Assembly (NCBI GenBank): GCA_964247925.1
Contig: CAXTWJ010000001.1
Span: 1 to 36,068 of the forward strand
DNA: 36,068 nucleotides
Source: an uncultured Sphingomonas sp.
Lineage (GTDB): Bacteria > Pseudomonadota > Alphaproteobacteria > Sphingomonadales > Sphingomonadaceae
Direction: 5' to 3'
A program made the position numbers and the translations under genes. The notes beneath the pieces are model-generated. The model was not told where the DNA came from. It ran no database searches and saw nothing but the letters and a program-made list of their open reading frames with translations. Below, piece after piece: positions 17,564 to 27,499 of the stretch. How positions within the stretch are numbered: position 1 is the stretch's first letter; each line of letters begins with the position of its first letter.

Positions 17564-18870
17564 GTTGCGGCACCGGCCGATGCCTGCGCCAGCACGTCCC
17601 GCAGCGCCGTCACCGCCTGCCGGGCCGATTGCTGCCAGGTGATCCAGGAAAACGCCTTGGCGCTCGCGCGATAGGCGTCGCCATCGCGTTCGACCCGCGC
17701 CATCGCCGCGATCAGGCTGTCCGGGTCGTCGCCGCGAAAATAGCAGATCGCATTGCCGCCAATCTCGCGGAACACCGGGATGTCGGACGCGATCACGGGA
17801 ACGCCTGCATGCAGGGATTCGACGATCGGCAGCCCGAATCCCTCGGCGCGCGACGCCATGATCGTCGTAGTGGCACGGGCCAGCAACGCCGTCATGTCGC
17901 GGTCGCTGGCATCGTTAAGCACGTACAGCCGCGCTCCCCGCTCGGGATGGGCTTCTAGGCGCTCGATCAGCGCGGCGTCGGCCTGCCCTTGCCGTCCGAC
18001 GATCACCAGATCGCCTTCCCGGCCTTCCCGCCAGCGGCGCTCAAAGGCGTCGAGGACGACGGCATGACCCTTGTGGGGCTCGATCGAGCCGATCATCAGG
18101 TAGCTGCGCGGCCGGTGCCCGGTTGCCTGCCCGTTACCGGCAGGCCGGGCGGCATCGGCGCCCAGATGGAAATAGCCCACCGGCAACCCCGTGCGGTCGG
18201 TGCCGAGCAGGTCACGGATCTGCGACGCGCAGGTCCGTGAAATCGTCAGGCATGCGACTGATACCGCCAGCGCCGCGCGGATGCGGCGGGCAAAGGTCAG
18301 CGCCAGCAGCGGCAGGGCGTCGCGCGGGTGGGTGACCGGGATGAGATCGTACACGACCGTCACCACCCGCACCCCCCGCTTCGCCGCCCGTCGCGCCGCG
18401 GCTACCGAGGTCGTGCCGCCCCAATGGGAATCGAGCAGCAGTAGGACGTCCGTCGGGGCGAACGTCACCGGCGCTGGCTCGATCAGCCCGTACAGCCATG
18501 CCCGGACGCGGCGGTTCAGGTTCCAGCGCTGAACGATCGACAGCAGCGCGGGTGCCTGGTGCAAGATATCCAGCAGCACCCCGGCCCCCGCACCCCGCGA
18601 TGCCGGGGTCAAGCCGGCGGGTCGCAATGCCGGGGTCGGGCCGGAGACCCGCGCGTCGGAGCCGGCCAGCTTGTCCAGCCCGGTCGCCGCGACCCGGTGG
18701 AAGCGGCCGTCGACCGCAGCGATCAGGCGAACCTCCCACCCTGCCAACGCGGCCTCGACCGGCAGCCAGCGGACGAACTGCCGGACCACGCGCTGGATAC
18801 CGGTCCTGCCGTCCCGTGCCAGGGTGTCCGTCACGTCGATGTAGAGCGGCAAGGTGGCGATCGCGGGCAT
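17560..18870 (-). CDS. GT4 glycosyltransferase (WbpX-like type)
   Basis: Start MPAIATLPLYIDVT (ATG 18870); TGIQRVVR, VYDLIPVTHP, IGSIEPHKGH, EGFGLPIVES. Confidence 0.9.
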   Translation of the reverse strand: MPAIATLPLYIDVTDTLARDGRTGIQRVVRQFVRWLPVEAALAGWEVRLIAAVDGRFHRVAATGLDKLAGSDARVSGPTPALRPAGLTPASRGAGAGVLLDILHQAPALLSIVQRWNLNRRVRAWLYGLIEPAPVTFAPTDVLLLLDSHWGGTTSVAAARRAAKRGVRVVTVVYDLIPVTHPRDALPLLALTFARRIRAALAVSVACLTISRTCASQIRDLLGTDRTGLPVGYFHLGADAARPAGNGQATGHRPRSYLMIGSIEPHKGHAVVLDAFERRWREGREGDLVIVGRQGQADAALIERLEAHPERGARLYVLNDASDRDMTALLARATTTIMASRAEGFGLPIVESLHAGVPVIASDIPVFREIGGNAICYFRGDDPDSLIAAMARVERDGDAYRASAKAFSWITWQQSARQAVTALRDVLAQASAGAAT

Positions 18871-18983
18871 GGCAAGGGCCCTCGCAAACGCGATGGGCCT
18901 GGTCAACGACCGCGCGGCCGGCGGGCTCGGTCGCTTGCGCTTGCAGGCAACCGCCGCCATGACCCGCGGCTTCAGGAGTAGCC

Positions 18984-20114
18984 ATGTCCCCTGCCCCAGC
19001 GACCCCGCTCCACATCGCAATCGACGCCCGCATCATCAATTCGAGTACCGGAACCCTCGTCGTTCAGCTGTTGGAGCACCTCCAGCAGATCGATATGGTC
19101 AACCGTTACACGGTGATGCTCGACCCCAAGGATGTCGATTACTGGCGTCCGACGGCGGCGAACTTCACCGTCGCGCTGATCGCGGCGCCGCATTACTCGT
19201 TCGCCGAGCAGTTCGGCTTTCGGCGGATGCTGGCGCGCCTGGCGCCCGACCTCGTCCATTTCTGCATGCCGCAGCAGCCGCTGTTCTTTTACCGGTTCCG
19301 CAAGGTTACCTCGTTTCACGACCTGACCACGCTCCGCATCCGCAACCCGCATCTGTCGGCGGTGACGTTCCGAGTGAAGAACCTGATCGGGCAGGTCGCC
19401 TTTCGCCTTGCGGCACGGGAGAGCGCGCGCATCGTCTGCTGTTCCACCTATACCCGCGACGACGTCGTCCGGACGCTCGGGGTCGACCCGGCCCGCGTCA
19501 GCGTGATCTATCCGGCCGGCGACGCTCAATGCGGCGAGTTGATGGCGGTTGAGCACGGTTTCGGACGCTACCTGCTCTATGTCGGCTCCCATTTCGACTA
19601 TAAGAACCTGAAGCGGCTGTGCGACGCGCATCAGCGGCTGCTGGCCGACCATCCCGACCTAGGCCTTATCTTCGTCGGCCGCCCGGACCGCGAGAGCCAG
19701 TTCACGCGCAATTACGTGGCCGAGCGCGGTTATTGCAATATTACCTTCATGGGGTACCTGCCTGACCCGCAGCGCGACTGGTTGTACGTCCATGCCGCAG
19801 CCTATGTGTTCCCATCGTTGTCGGAGGGGTTCGGGCTGCCCGGGCTGGAGGCGATGAGCTATGGCACGCCGGTGGTCAGCAGCAACGCCACCTGCCTACC
19901 CGAGATATACGGCGATGCCGCCCTGTACTTCGATCCGCACCGCAGCGACGACATGGCCGCCGCGATCGGCCGGGTGTTGGCTGACCCGACGCTCCGGGCC
20001 GAGCTGATCGACCGGGGGCACGAGCGCGTCGCCCGATACTCGTGGCGACGGATGGCCGAAGAGCTGCTGGCGACGTACCAGGAGGTCGGCGAAGCCGTGC
20101 GTCGGCAACGGTAG
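18984..20114 (+). CDS. GT4 glycosyltransferase
   Basis: IAIDAR, FHDL, YVGS...YKN, FPSLSEGFGLPGLEAM..GTPVV.S. Confidence 0.9.
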   Translation: MSPAPATPLHIAIDARIINSSTGTLVVQLLEHLQQIDMVNRYTVMLDPKDVDYWRPTAANFTVALIAAPHYSFAEQFGFRRMLARLAPDLVHFCMPQQPLFFYRFRKVTSFHDLTTLRIRNPHLSAVTFRVKNLIGQVAFRLAARESARIVCCSTYTRDDVVRTLGVDPARVSVIYPAGDAQCGELMAVEHGFGRYLLYVGSHFDYKNLKRLCDAHQRLLADHPDLGLIFVGRPDRESQFTRNYVAERGYCNITFMGYLPDPQRDWLYVHAAAYVFPSLSEGFGLPGLEAMSYGTPVVSSNATCLPEIYGDAALYFDPHRSDDMAAAIGRVLADPTLRAELIDRGHERVARYSWRRMAEELLATYQEVGEAVRRQR

Positions 20115-20145
20115 CGCCGGTGGAGTGGAAGCTAGGGGGGCGGGA

Positions 20146-21348
20146 CTAGCGGCTCGGCGTCATGACGATGCGCTGGACGATCGCGCCGACGGGCGCGGCA
20201 TCGTCGCGGACCCGCGCGCCGATCGCCAGCACCGCGATCGCGCAGCCCGCCGGCACCGGCTCGGACCGAAAGGTCACGCCCGTGTTGGCGACCCCGACCG
20301 CCTCGAACGCCAGCTGACGCGCGCCGCACGCCAGCGTCGGCTGGAACAGGTCAACTAGCCTGGTCGCATTGCCCTGGCCCGCGATGACCAGCCGATATTG
20401 CAGGCCGGCGCGCACGGGCACGGCCTGTGAAAGGAAGACGGGCACGCCCTTGCCGTCCCAGTTGATCTCGATCCCGGCCCCGTCGCGAGCGGGAGATGCC
20501 CCATAACCCATGTCCGCGTTCAGCTGCCATTCGAACGGCAACACCGTCTCGTTGGCCGCGGCGAGCTGCCCTGCTTTGCGAAAGTCGGGATCGTTCACCA
20601 CCATGCCCGCCCGCCGCGGCCCGACGAAGCGGGACCAGAGCGCATAGGCATCGTTTCCCTGCCCTGCGGCGGTCAGTCCCGACAGTACCGGCGCGATCTC
20701 GCGCCGCGAGGGCGGCGAACCCATCGCGAACAATCGCCCGAGCGTGGCGGCGCGAACCGCGAGAAAGGCGGGTGTCGCCGATTGCGCGCTGGCGACCATA
20801 TAATCGGAACGCCAGGGCGGGCGGGCGGCAAGCCTGACGGCGACCAGGTGCGTCACGGCCGGCACCGCTTCCGCGGCGGCCAGCATCTGGTTGGCAGGGG
20901 CGAGCAGCTTGCGGCGCCGAAGCAGCGCGTCGGCGCGATCCAGCACCGGTGCCACGTCGCCGGCGAGCGCGCTGCGCAGGATGAGGTTCAGTTGGGCGGA
21001 CGAGTCCCGCCAGCCGAGCGCCGACAGGAGTTGCGCCTGCCGCGCTACGGCGGAGTCGTCGGCGTGGCCGTCAACCAGATCAACATAATGGAGATTGGCT
21101 AGATGCTGGTCGAGCGGATCGCGCCACACCGCCGCAGCGAGCACCGGTCGGTCGGCCGGGCCCATCGCGCGCCCCGCCACCTTCTGCACCGCGCCCGCAG
21201 GCAGCATCGCCGCCGGCACGGGGACGACTTTGTGCAAGTCCTGTCCCGTCAGCCAGCGACTATCGGCGAGCGCACGCACATAATAGCCGCTGGACGCCAG
21301 CGACGCCGCCGCTGCGCCTGTCGCTGCGATTACCGCCCCGACCCGCAT
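20146..21348 (-). CDS. Hypothetical exported protein downstream of wzc (helical N-part, carbohydrate-binding-like C-part)
   Basis: N-terminal hydrophobic anchor, LGWRD, ADALLRR, PPWR, NDPDF...PFEW; starts 2 nt after the wzc stop. Confidence 0.65.
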   Translation of the reverse strand: MRVGAVIAATGAAAASLASSGYYVRALADSRWLTGQDLHKVVPVPAAMLPAGAVQKVAGRAMGPADRPVLAAAVWRDPLDQHLANLHYVDLVDGHADDSAVARQAQLLSALGWRDSSAQLNLILRSALAGDVAPVLDRADALLRRRKLLAPANQMLAAAEAVPAVTHLVAVRLAARPPWRSDYMVASAQSATPAFLAVRAATLGRLFAMGSPPSRREIAPVLSGLTAAGQGNDAYALWSRFVGPRRAGMVVNDPDFRKAGQLAAANETVLPFEWQLNADMGYGASPARDGAGIEINWDGKGVPVFLSQAVPVRAGLQYRLVIAGQGNATRLVDLFQPTLACGARQLAFEAVGVANTGVTFRSEPVPAGCAIAVLAIGARVRDDAAPVGAIVQRIVMTPSR

Positions 21349-21350
21349 CT

Positions 21351-23531
21351 CTAGTTGTCGGCAATCTGGTATTTGTAGTCGTATGCGTACTGATAGTCAT
21401 AGGCGTAGCCCGAACGCCCGGCGTGGAAGCGCGATAGGATAACACCCAGCACCGGCTTGCCCGACTGGGTCAGCCGGGTGACCGCGCTGGACGCGCCGCG
21501 GACACTGGTCCGCGCCGATTCGATGACGAAGACGATGCCCGCGACGCTGGAAGCAACCAACGGCGCGTCGGCCAGCCCGAGCACGGGTGCGCTGTCGACG
21601 ATGACATGGTCGTAGCGCGTTGTCAGCTCTTCGATCAACTGGATCAGCGCGCCGGTCGCGAGCAGTTCCGCCGGATTGGGCGGGATCGGACCGGCGGTAA
21701 TGACGTCCACGCCCGGTATTACCGCGCGAACCGTCACCGCCTCCACTGCGGCGCTGCCCGACAGCACGTTGCTCGCGCCCATCTTGTTATCGAGGCCGAA
21801 CTGCCGGTGCACGTTGGGCCGGCGCAGGTCGGCGTCCACCACCACCACCGATTTTCCGATCTTCGACAAGCCGGTGGCAAGTCCGTAACAGGCGGTGCTC
21901 TTGCCTTCGCCCGCCTGGGTGCTGGTCACCATGAGCGAGCCGGGCACCCCCTCGCTGGACGACAGCGACAGGCTAGTCCGAATCGAGCTGAACGCCTCGG
22001 AGATCCCCGACTTGGGATCCTTCAAGTCGGCAACGACGTCTTGGCCCTCCGGCACCGCGCCGAGCAGCGGCAGGTGGAGGCGGGACAGGACATCATCGGG
22101 CGACCGCACCAGCTCGAACAGGTTCTCGCGACCTAGCACGAACGCCGCCGACAGAACGGCCGCCGCCAGCAGCGCCAGAGCGAAATTGAGCGGTATGCTC
22201 GGCCAGTACGGCGCGGTCGGCACCTGCGCGTGGTCAATGACAGCGAGATTGTTCAGCTGAACTCCGGCCTGCGCGTTGACCTGATTGTAGCGGTTTAGCA
22301 GCGCATCGAGCTGAACCCGGTTGGTGTTCGCCTCGCGCTGCAGGATGGACAGCCTGATTCCGCGCGCCTGCTCGTCCAGCGTGGCATTCTTCAGTCCTTC
22401 CAGATCGCTCTTGAGCCCGTTCTCCTGGCGCAGCGCGGTCTGATATTCCTCGTTGATCGAGGCGCGGACCCGCTCGGCCAGCGCGTTCGCCTGGCGGTTG
22501 AGCTCGGCGATGTGCGCCGCCTGCTGCTGAAGCGCGGGATAGACCTCGCGCCGGGTCTGGAGCTGATCCTGATACTGGCTGCGCAGCTGTGCCAGCTGCG
22601 CCAGCAGCTGCTGGATCGCCGGGTTGCCGAGCACCTCGGGCAGGGTCAGCACGTTAGCGGCACGCGCGTTGTCCCAGCGCTGCTCCGCGGCGATGCGACG
22701 GCTCGTGGCCTGTGAGAGCGAAGCGTTCAGATCCACCAGGCTGGAAGTCGTGAGCGACCGCGGCGCGTTGCCGCCGGCCGCGCCCGCGCTGGCATCAATC
22801 AGCCGGGTCTGGCGGGCATAAGCGAGTGCCTGGCGCTCGCTGTTGCTCAACCGCGCCTGTGCCTCGCGCAGCTGATTGCGCAGGAACTCCAGCGAATAGC
22901 GCGAGGCATCGAAGCGCCGCTCCAGGCTTTGGCGGATGTAGTTGTCAGCGAAGCTGTTCGCGATCTGGGCGGCAACGCGCGGATCGGGGCTGGCGAACTC
23001 AATATTGGCGATGCGGGTGTTCTTGAAGAAGCTGACGCGCAGCCCGCGTCGGAGCGTGCCGTTCACCGTCTCGCGATGCGCCTCGTCCGCGGACAGGATG
23101 GCGTTACCGGTCTTGGGATCTTTCACTCCCATCCCGTCCAGAAACGCGCTGCCGCGGTAGAGCCCCAGCGACTGGGCGACCGCCTCCACGGTTGAACGAC
23201 TGCGGATGATATCGAGCTGAGTGTCGAGAAAGCGGTCGATATCAGCCGAGCCGCCGGTTTCGCTGCTCGTGTCCTCCGTGCCGAGGACCTTTTGCGCTTC
23301 CTGACGAATTTCGATGGTCGCGCCGGTGCGGTAGATGGGCCGGGTCAGGACGGTGATGACGGCGGTTAGGCCCAGAACCACGACGACGATGGCCGCGATC
23401 CCAAAGCGCGAACGGTAGATGGGAGCCCAGATGTCGCGCAGGTTGATCGAGCGGACTGCCGCGGCGGCGCCTTCCGCCTCGGCGCCAGCGCCGGCGATGC
23501 CGCCTCGCTCGTTTATCGTTTCGAAGTACAT
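21351..23531 (-). CDS. wzc: Polysaccharide co-polymerase / BY-kinase (GumC/Wzc family)
   Basis: Two TM segments with a coiled periplasmic loop; EAFSSIRT, Walker A TSTQAGEGKST, DADLRRP, IVDSAP, C-terminal Tyr cluster YAYDYQYAYDYKY. Confidence 0.93.
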   Translation of the reverse strand: MYFETINERGGIAGAGAEAEGAAAAVRSINLRDIWAPIYRSRFGIAAIVVVVLGLTAVITVLTRPIYRTGATIEIRQEAQKVLGTEDTSSETGGSADIDRFLDTQLDIIRSRSTVEAVAQSLGLYRGSAFLDGMGVKDPKTGNAILSADEAHRETVNGTLRRGLRVSFFKNTRIANIEFASPDPRVAAQIANSFADNYIRQSLERRFDASRYSLEFLRNQLREAQARLSNSERQALAYARQTRLIDASAGAAGGNAPRSLTTSSLVDLNASLSQATSRRIAAEQRWDNARAANVLTLPEVLGNPAIQQLLAQLAQLRSQYQDQLQTRREVYPALQQQAAHIAELNRQANALAERVRASINEEYQTALRQENGLKSDLEGLKNATLDEQARGIRLSILQREANTNRVQLDALLNRYNQVNAQAGVQLNNLAVIDHAQVPTAPYWPSIPLNFALALLAAAVLSAAFVLGRENLFELVRSPDDVLSRLHLPLLGAVPEGQDVVADLKDPKSGISEAFSSIRTSLSLSSSEGVPGSLMVTSTQAGEGKSTACYGLATGLSKIGKSVVVVDADLRRPNVHRQFGLDNKMGASNVLSGSAAVEAVTVRAVIPGVDVITAGPIPPNPAELLATGALIQLIEELTTRYDHVIVDSAPVLGLADAPLVASSVAGIVFVIESARTSVRGASSAVTRLTQSGKPVLGVILSRFHAGRSGYAYDYQYAYDYKYQIADN

Positions 23532-23534
23532 CAC

Positions 23535-24230
23535 CTACCTGTACAGAGCGACGAACACGCCGACCGCCAGCGGCAATACCGCCAGCACGTCGCGGAAGAT
23601 ACGGCGGGCGTTGGAGAAGCCGACCACCACGATGTCGCCCGACCGCAGCGCTGGATCGGCTGCCTGCCCCGCCTGGATCGCGCCTAGGTCGAACCGCGCG
23701 GCGTAGCGTTGCGCGCCCTGCTGGCGGAACACCACTACCTCCTGGGCGCGGGCACCATCAGTGATGCCACCGCCCACCGCTACCGCCTCCATCAGCGTCA
23801 GGCCACCGGGCGCCTGATACTGGCCGGGCCGGGTCACGGCACCGGAAACGGTCACCTTCTGCGAGGTGAACTCGACGACGTTGACCGAAACCTTGGGGTT
23901 GCGCAGATAGGTGTTCAGCCGTTGGCCGATATCGACCGCGAGCTGGCCGGCGGTGACGCCCGTGGCCTTGATCGTCCCGATCATCGGCATGACGATTTGC
24001 CCGTCGGTATTGACCGGCAGCGTCGCGAAAGACAGTTCCGGCTCCCCGAACACGTCAATCCGCAACACGTCGAGAGGATTGATGGCGTAATCTGCCGGCG
24101 CCGTGGCAACGGAGCTGGTCGGCACCGACACCCGCTCGTTCAGGGGAAGGGCGTCGTGCCCAGCGCAACTGCACAACGCATTTCCGATCGCCACCGCCAT
24201 ACACAGGCGTACGCCGTTCTTCCGCATCAA
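23535..24230 (-). CDS. wza: Polysaccharide export outer-membrane lipoprotein (Wza/GumB family)
   Basis: Lipobox LCSC; YAINPLDVLRIDVFGEPELS, DGQI.MP.IG.I.A.G, VSGAVTRPG.Y (SLBB), LRSGDIVVV. Confidence 0.9.
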   Translation of the reverse strand: MMRKNGVRLCMAVAIGNALCSCAGHDALPLNERVSVPTSSVATAPADYAINPLDVLRIDVFGEPELSFATLPVNTDGQIVMPMIGTIKATGVTAGQLAVDIGQRLNTYLRNPKVSVNVVEFTSQKVTVSGAVTRPGQYQAPGGLTLMEAVAVGGGITDGARAQEVVVFRQQGAQRYAARFDLGAIQAGQAADPALRSGDIVVVGFSNARRIFRDVLAVLPLAVGVFVALYR

Positions 24231-24309
24231 CAGGGTACCTCAGGGCCACTCGGCTAAGCAACAGGCAGCAGCGTCAGCCTGCCCTTTCATCCAAGCGTGC
24301 CTCGCACAA

Positions 24310-25698
24310 CTAGGTTGACCGCGCAACCATCTGCGTCGCGCGCGCCCGCCACAGCACCGCCAGCGCAAAGGCGAACACCACCGCTGTGCCGGGCCGGCGC
24401 AGCGGGTAGTCGAAGATGCTGTGCACCACGAATATGAAGACAACGGCTGCGGCAACAACCGCCAGCGCGCCATCGGTCCTGGCCCGCCCCCGCCAGGCGG
24501 AAAGGGCGGCAGGCACCATTGCCAGGAGAAACAGCCCCCAAAGGATCGGCGCCGCGACGCCGATCTCGATCAGCTGCTCCAGATACTCGTTATGGGCATG
24601 ATTGAAATAGGTCGGCTTCACCCAGCCCAGCTGTTCGGACACCATGAACAGCGTGGGAAAGGTACCGATCCCTGCGCCCACGGGAAAGAACTGTCCGATC
24701 AGCGGCAGGCTGTGCTGCCAGAATAGCCACCGGAGATCGCTGTCGACGAGGCCGAAGCGGCCGAGCGAGCGGCTGGCCACGTCGCTGGATCCCAGGGCAG
24801 CAACGACGACGATCACCGCCAGTGCCGCCAGGGCGATGGCCCGGGTCCGCCCGCCGACCTGCCTATCCCAAGCCAGCAGCGTGCAGAAACCCAGCGCGAA
24901 TACCCCGAACAGCAGCGCCGCGCGCGAGTTGGTGGCGAGCAGCGCGGCGGCAGTCACCAGCAGCACCGGCGCGACAATCACGGGGGTAAGCAGGATGCGA
25001 TCGCCCGATCGCGCGCCCACGCGTCGCCGTGCCACGGCATAGCCCGCGAGGATGCCGATTGCCATGAACAGCCCCGAATGGTTCTTGTTGGCGAAAAAGC
25101 CGATCGCCAGGCCTGCATTGGTGGAATCGTGCAGCGCGAGCGCCGCGCCGCCCGTCAGCACCTGAACGAAGCCGATCGCGATGTTGGCCATCGCCAACCC
25201 GAACAGCACGGCGAAGAGCTGGCGGATCCGATCGGTCGACAGGCCGGCGACGGCGACCGCCAACCCCGCCAGCCACCAGCACGCCAGCGCGGATTCCAAC
25301 GTCGCCGCCACCGACAACGTCGCCGGCCGCCAGCGTGACGCCTCGCCAACCGACGCCAGCGATTGCATCGCCACCGACCGGCCCGGCAATTCGGCCATGA
25401 TCCCGGGCGGCAGCGGCACCAGCTGCGCCAGCGGCACCAGCAGCACCGCGCCACCGAACAGCAGCACCGCCGGCCGCTGGTGCTGCAGCGGCGCCAGCGC
25501 ACCGCCAGCGATCAACAACGCAAGCAGCCACGTTCCCGTCGCGGCGAGCGGAACAAAGGTGATCACGCTGGCCGGCGCCACCCCGCCGAACAGCACCCAG
25601 ACGACGATGAACGCCACCACCGATCTGAAGAGTAGAGCGTCCGGAGCCGGTGCGCCGCGCGGAGAAGATCGTCGTCGCCCTGCTTGTCTTCTTGTCAC
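24310..25698 (-). CDS. O-antigen ligase family (Wzy_C) membrane protein
   Basis: QLVPLPP, GFFANKNH, TNSRA, R...W...GAGIGTF, NHAHNEYLE, HSIFDYPLR; start placed at GTG 25698 (uncertain). Confidence 0.85.
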   Translation of the reverse strand: MTRRQAGRRRSSPRGAPAPDALLFRSVVAFIVVWVLFGGVAPASVITFVPLAATGTWLLALLIAGGALAPLQHQRPAVLLFGGAVLLVPLAQLVPLPPGIMAELPGRSVAMQSLASVGEASRWRPATLSVAATLESALACWWLAGLAVAVAGLSTDRIRQLFAVLFGLAMANIAIGFVQVLTGGAALALHDSTNAGLAIGFFANKNHSGLFMAIGILAGYAVARRRVGARSGDRILLTPVIVAPVLLVTAAALLATNSRAALLFGVFALGFCTLLAWDRQVGGRTRAIALAALAVIVVVAALGSSDVASRSLGRFGLVDSDLRWLFWQHSLPLIGQFFPVGAGIGTFPTLFMVSEQLGWVKPTYFNHAHNEYLEQLIEIGVAAPILWGLFLLAMVPAALSAWRGRARTDGALAVVAAAVVFIFVVHSIFDYPLRRPGTAVVFAFALAVLWRARATQMVARST

Positions 25699-25818
25699 GT
25701 GCCGCTCGTTATCGCCGCTCGCTGCCGGCGAGCGAGCGGGTCCGTAGGCCAGCCACCCCGGCTCGACAAGCGCAGGCGGCTGGTCGTTCCGACGCGGGCC
25801 CGCTGCTCCTTGACACCG

Positions 25819-27489
25819 ATGGCGGCAAACACGACGGCCTCTGCCATGGCTGCTTGCTCGGGTTTTTTGGATCAGGGTGCGTCGTGGACCCGACGCTCGA
25901 TCTGTTTCTGGCTGGGCGGCGCTGCGGGACTGGCGGCCTGCGGCAGTGCGGTGACAGGCAGCACCCCAGCCCCTGCCGACGATGACGCACTGGTCGCCAC
26001 GATCGTCGCGACCCCACACGCGAGACTGCCGCGCCGCGCCCTGCCGTATCGACTAACCCGACCGGTGTTGCTGCCGGCCGGTCGGATGCTGACCGTGGCG
26101 GGCGGCACGCACATCCTGTTCCGAAGCACCGCACCTCTCCAGTCGCTAACGGGCGTCTTTCAGGCGGACGGCGACGGCACGGGCGTGGTGGCCGAGGATT
26201 CCGGAGCAGTGATCGAGTGCTCACCGCCGTCTGTTGGCGTCTACGCCGCCGTTGCCAGAGGGGTGAACGGCTTCACCGTGGTCGGGCTCCACGCGCTTAA
26301 CTGCAACCATGTCGCGGTGGATGCGCGTGGTGGCGTCGCGTATACGGAAGTGGTGACCGGTGGCGCGACCGCCAATGTTAGCCGCTCCATCCGGATCGAG
26401 CGGGGCGGCGCCCGTTTCGCGGTCCGACCCGCCAACGGGCACGCGGCGTGCCTGCTGCGCTATTGTTTCGACGCGACTGTTACCGACTGCGGCTATCAAA
26501 ACGTGCTCTCCGGGGTGGAATGGTGGGGTGGCGACGCCAATCCCGTGTCCGGCGACGGCGCCGCTGGTCGCGAGCGCAAATGCGGGCGCTTCCTAATCGC
26601 CGACGTCAGCGTCATCGACTCAACCATTAGTGGTATCTGGGGATCGATGGGCCACGACGGTATGGTAACGCGGTGCAGCCTGGCGCGCTCGGGCGACGTC
26701 GGCTTCGATGCCGAGGGAAGCGAGAACATCGTGTTTCGGGCCTGTACCGCCGAGGACGGGGCCAACGGCTGCTTCGGAACCTTCTTTCTCAACAGCAACA
26801 TTGCCTTTGTCGACTGCCACGCGCGCTCGACCCACCGCGACCTGCCGGTGTTCCGCATTCACAATCCGACACTGGACATGGCCAACAATAGAAGCATCGT
26901 GGTTCGGGGTGGGCACTGGGAGTGCTCGGATCCGGCCGGACCCAGCGTGATGGGCACCGCCGGCGGACCTTGCGGCGAACTGACCATCACCGGCGCGACG
27001 CTCCGCAACGTCCGCATCGACACTGCCTTTATAGGCGTCCACCGGACCGAGGTGACGGGCAACACGCTCGCTTTCCCGCAGCCGTTCGAGGGTGGTGGCG
27101 CCATCCGGGTGGGCGGCTCGAAAACGCTGGGATCGCCGGCCGGAGGCACGGTGGTCGTCGAGAACAACATCGTTTCCGCCGCCGCGCGCGCCCCCGCCGC
27201 GATCGAGATATGGGAAGACGATCCGATTTCGTCCGCCACCAGCCGGATCAGCGCCAACCGGATCAGCGGTCCGTTCTCCGCCGGCTTCAGCATCACCAAC
27301 GCCTCGCCCAATCCAGCCGTCAGGCAAACGGCCACGCTCGACCACAACCGGCTCGCCCTGCCCCGTGACGCCAGCACGTTACGGCTGGCGGCCAGTCATC
27401 CCGGCGTGGCGAAGCCGCTTGTTCACTGGGGAGGCGGGCAGATGCGCGACGGCCGCGCCTTGACGCTTCACGCGGCGCTCGCCGGATAG
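25819..27489 (+). CDS. Right-handed parallel beta-helix repeat protein with Tat/lipoprotein-like signal
   Basis: TRRSICFWLGGAAGLAAC (twin Arg, lipobox LAAC); PbH1-like repeats (GDVGFDAEGSENIVF..CTAEDG.NG, VENNIV, ISANRI). Start uncertain (25819 or 25846). Confidence 0.7.
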   Translation: MAANTTASAMAACSGFLDQGASWTRRSICFWLGGAAGLAACGSAVTGSTPAPADDDALVATIVATPHARLPRRALPYRLTRPVLLPAGRMLTVAGGTHILFRSTAPLQSLTGVFQADGDGTGVVAEDSGAVIECSPPSVGVYAAVARGVNGFTVVGLHALNCNHVAVDARGGVAYTEVVTGGATANVSRSIRIERGGARFAVRPANGHAACLLRYCFDATVTDCGYQNVLSGVEWWGGDANPVSGDGAAGRERKCGRFLIADVSVIDSTISGIWGSMGHDGMVTRCSLARSGDVGFDAEGSENIVFRACTAEDGANGCFGTFFLNSNIAFVDCHARSTHRDLPVFRIHNPTLDMANNRSIVVRGGHWECSDPAGPSVMGTAGGPCGELTITGATLRNVRIDTAFIGVHRTEVTGNTLAFPQPFEGGGAIRVGGSKTLGSPAGGTVVVENNIVSAAARAPAAIEIWEDDPISSATSRISANRISGPFSAGFSITNASPNPAVRQTATLDHNRLALPRDASTLRLAASHPGVAKPLVHWGGGQMRDGRALTLHAALAG

Positions 27490-27499
27490 GACGACCGGG

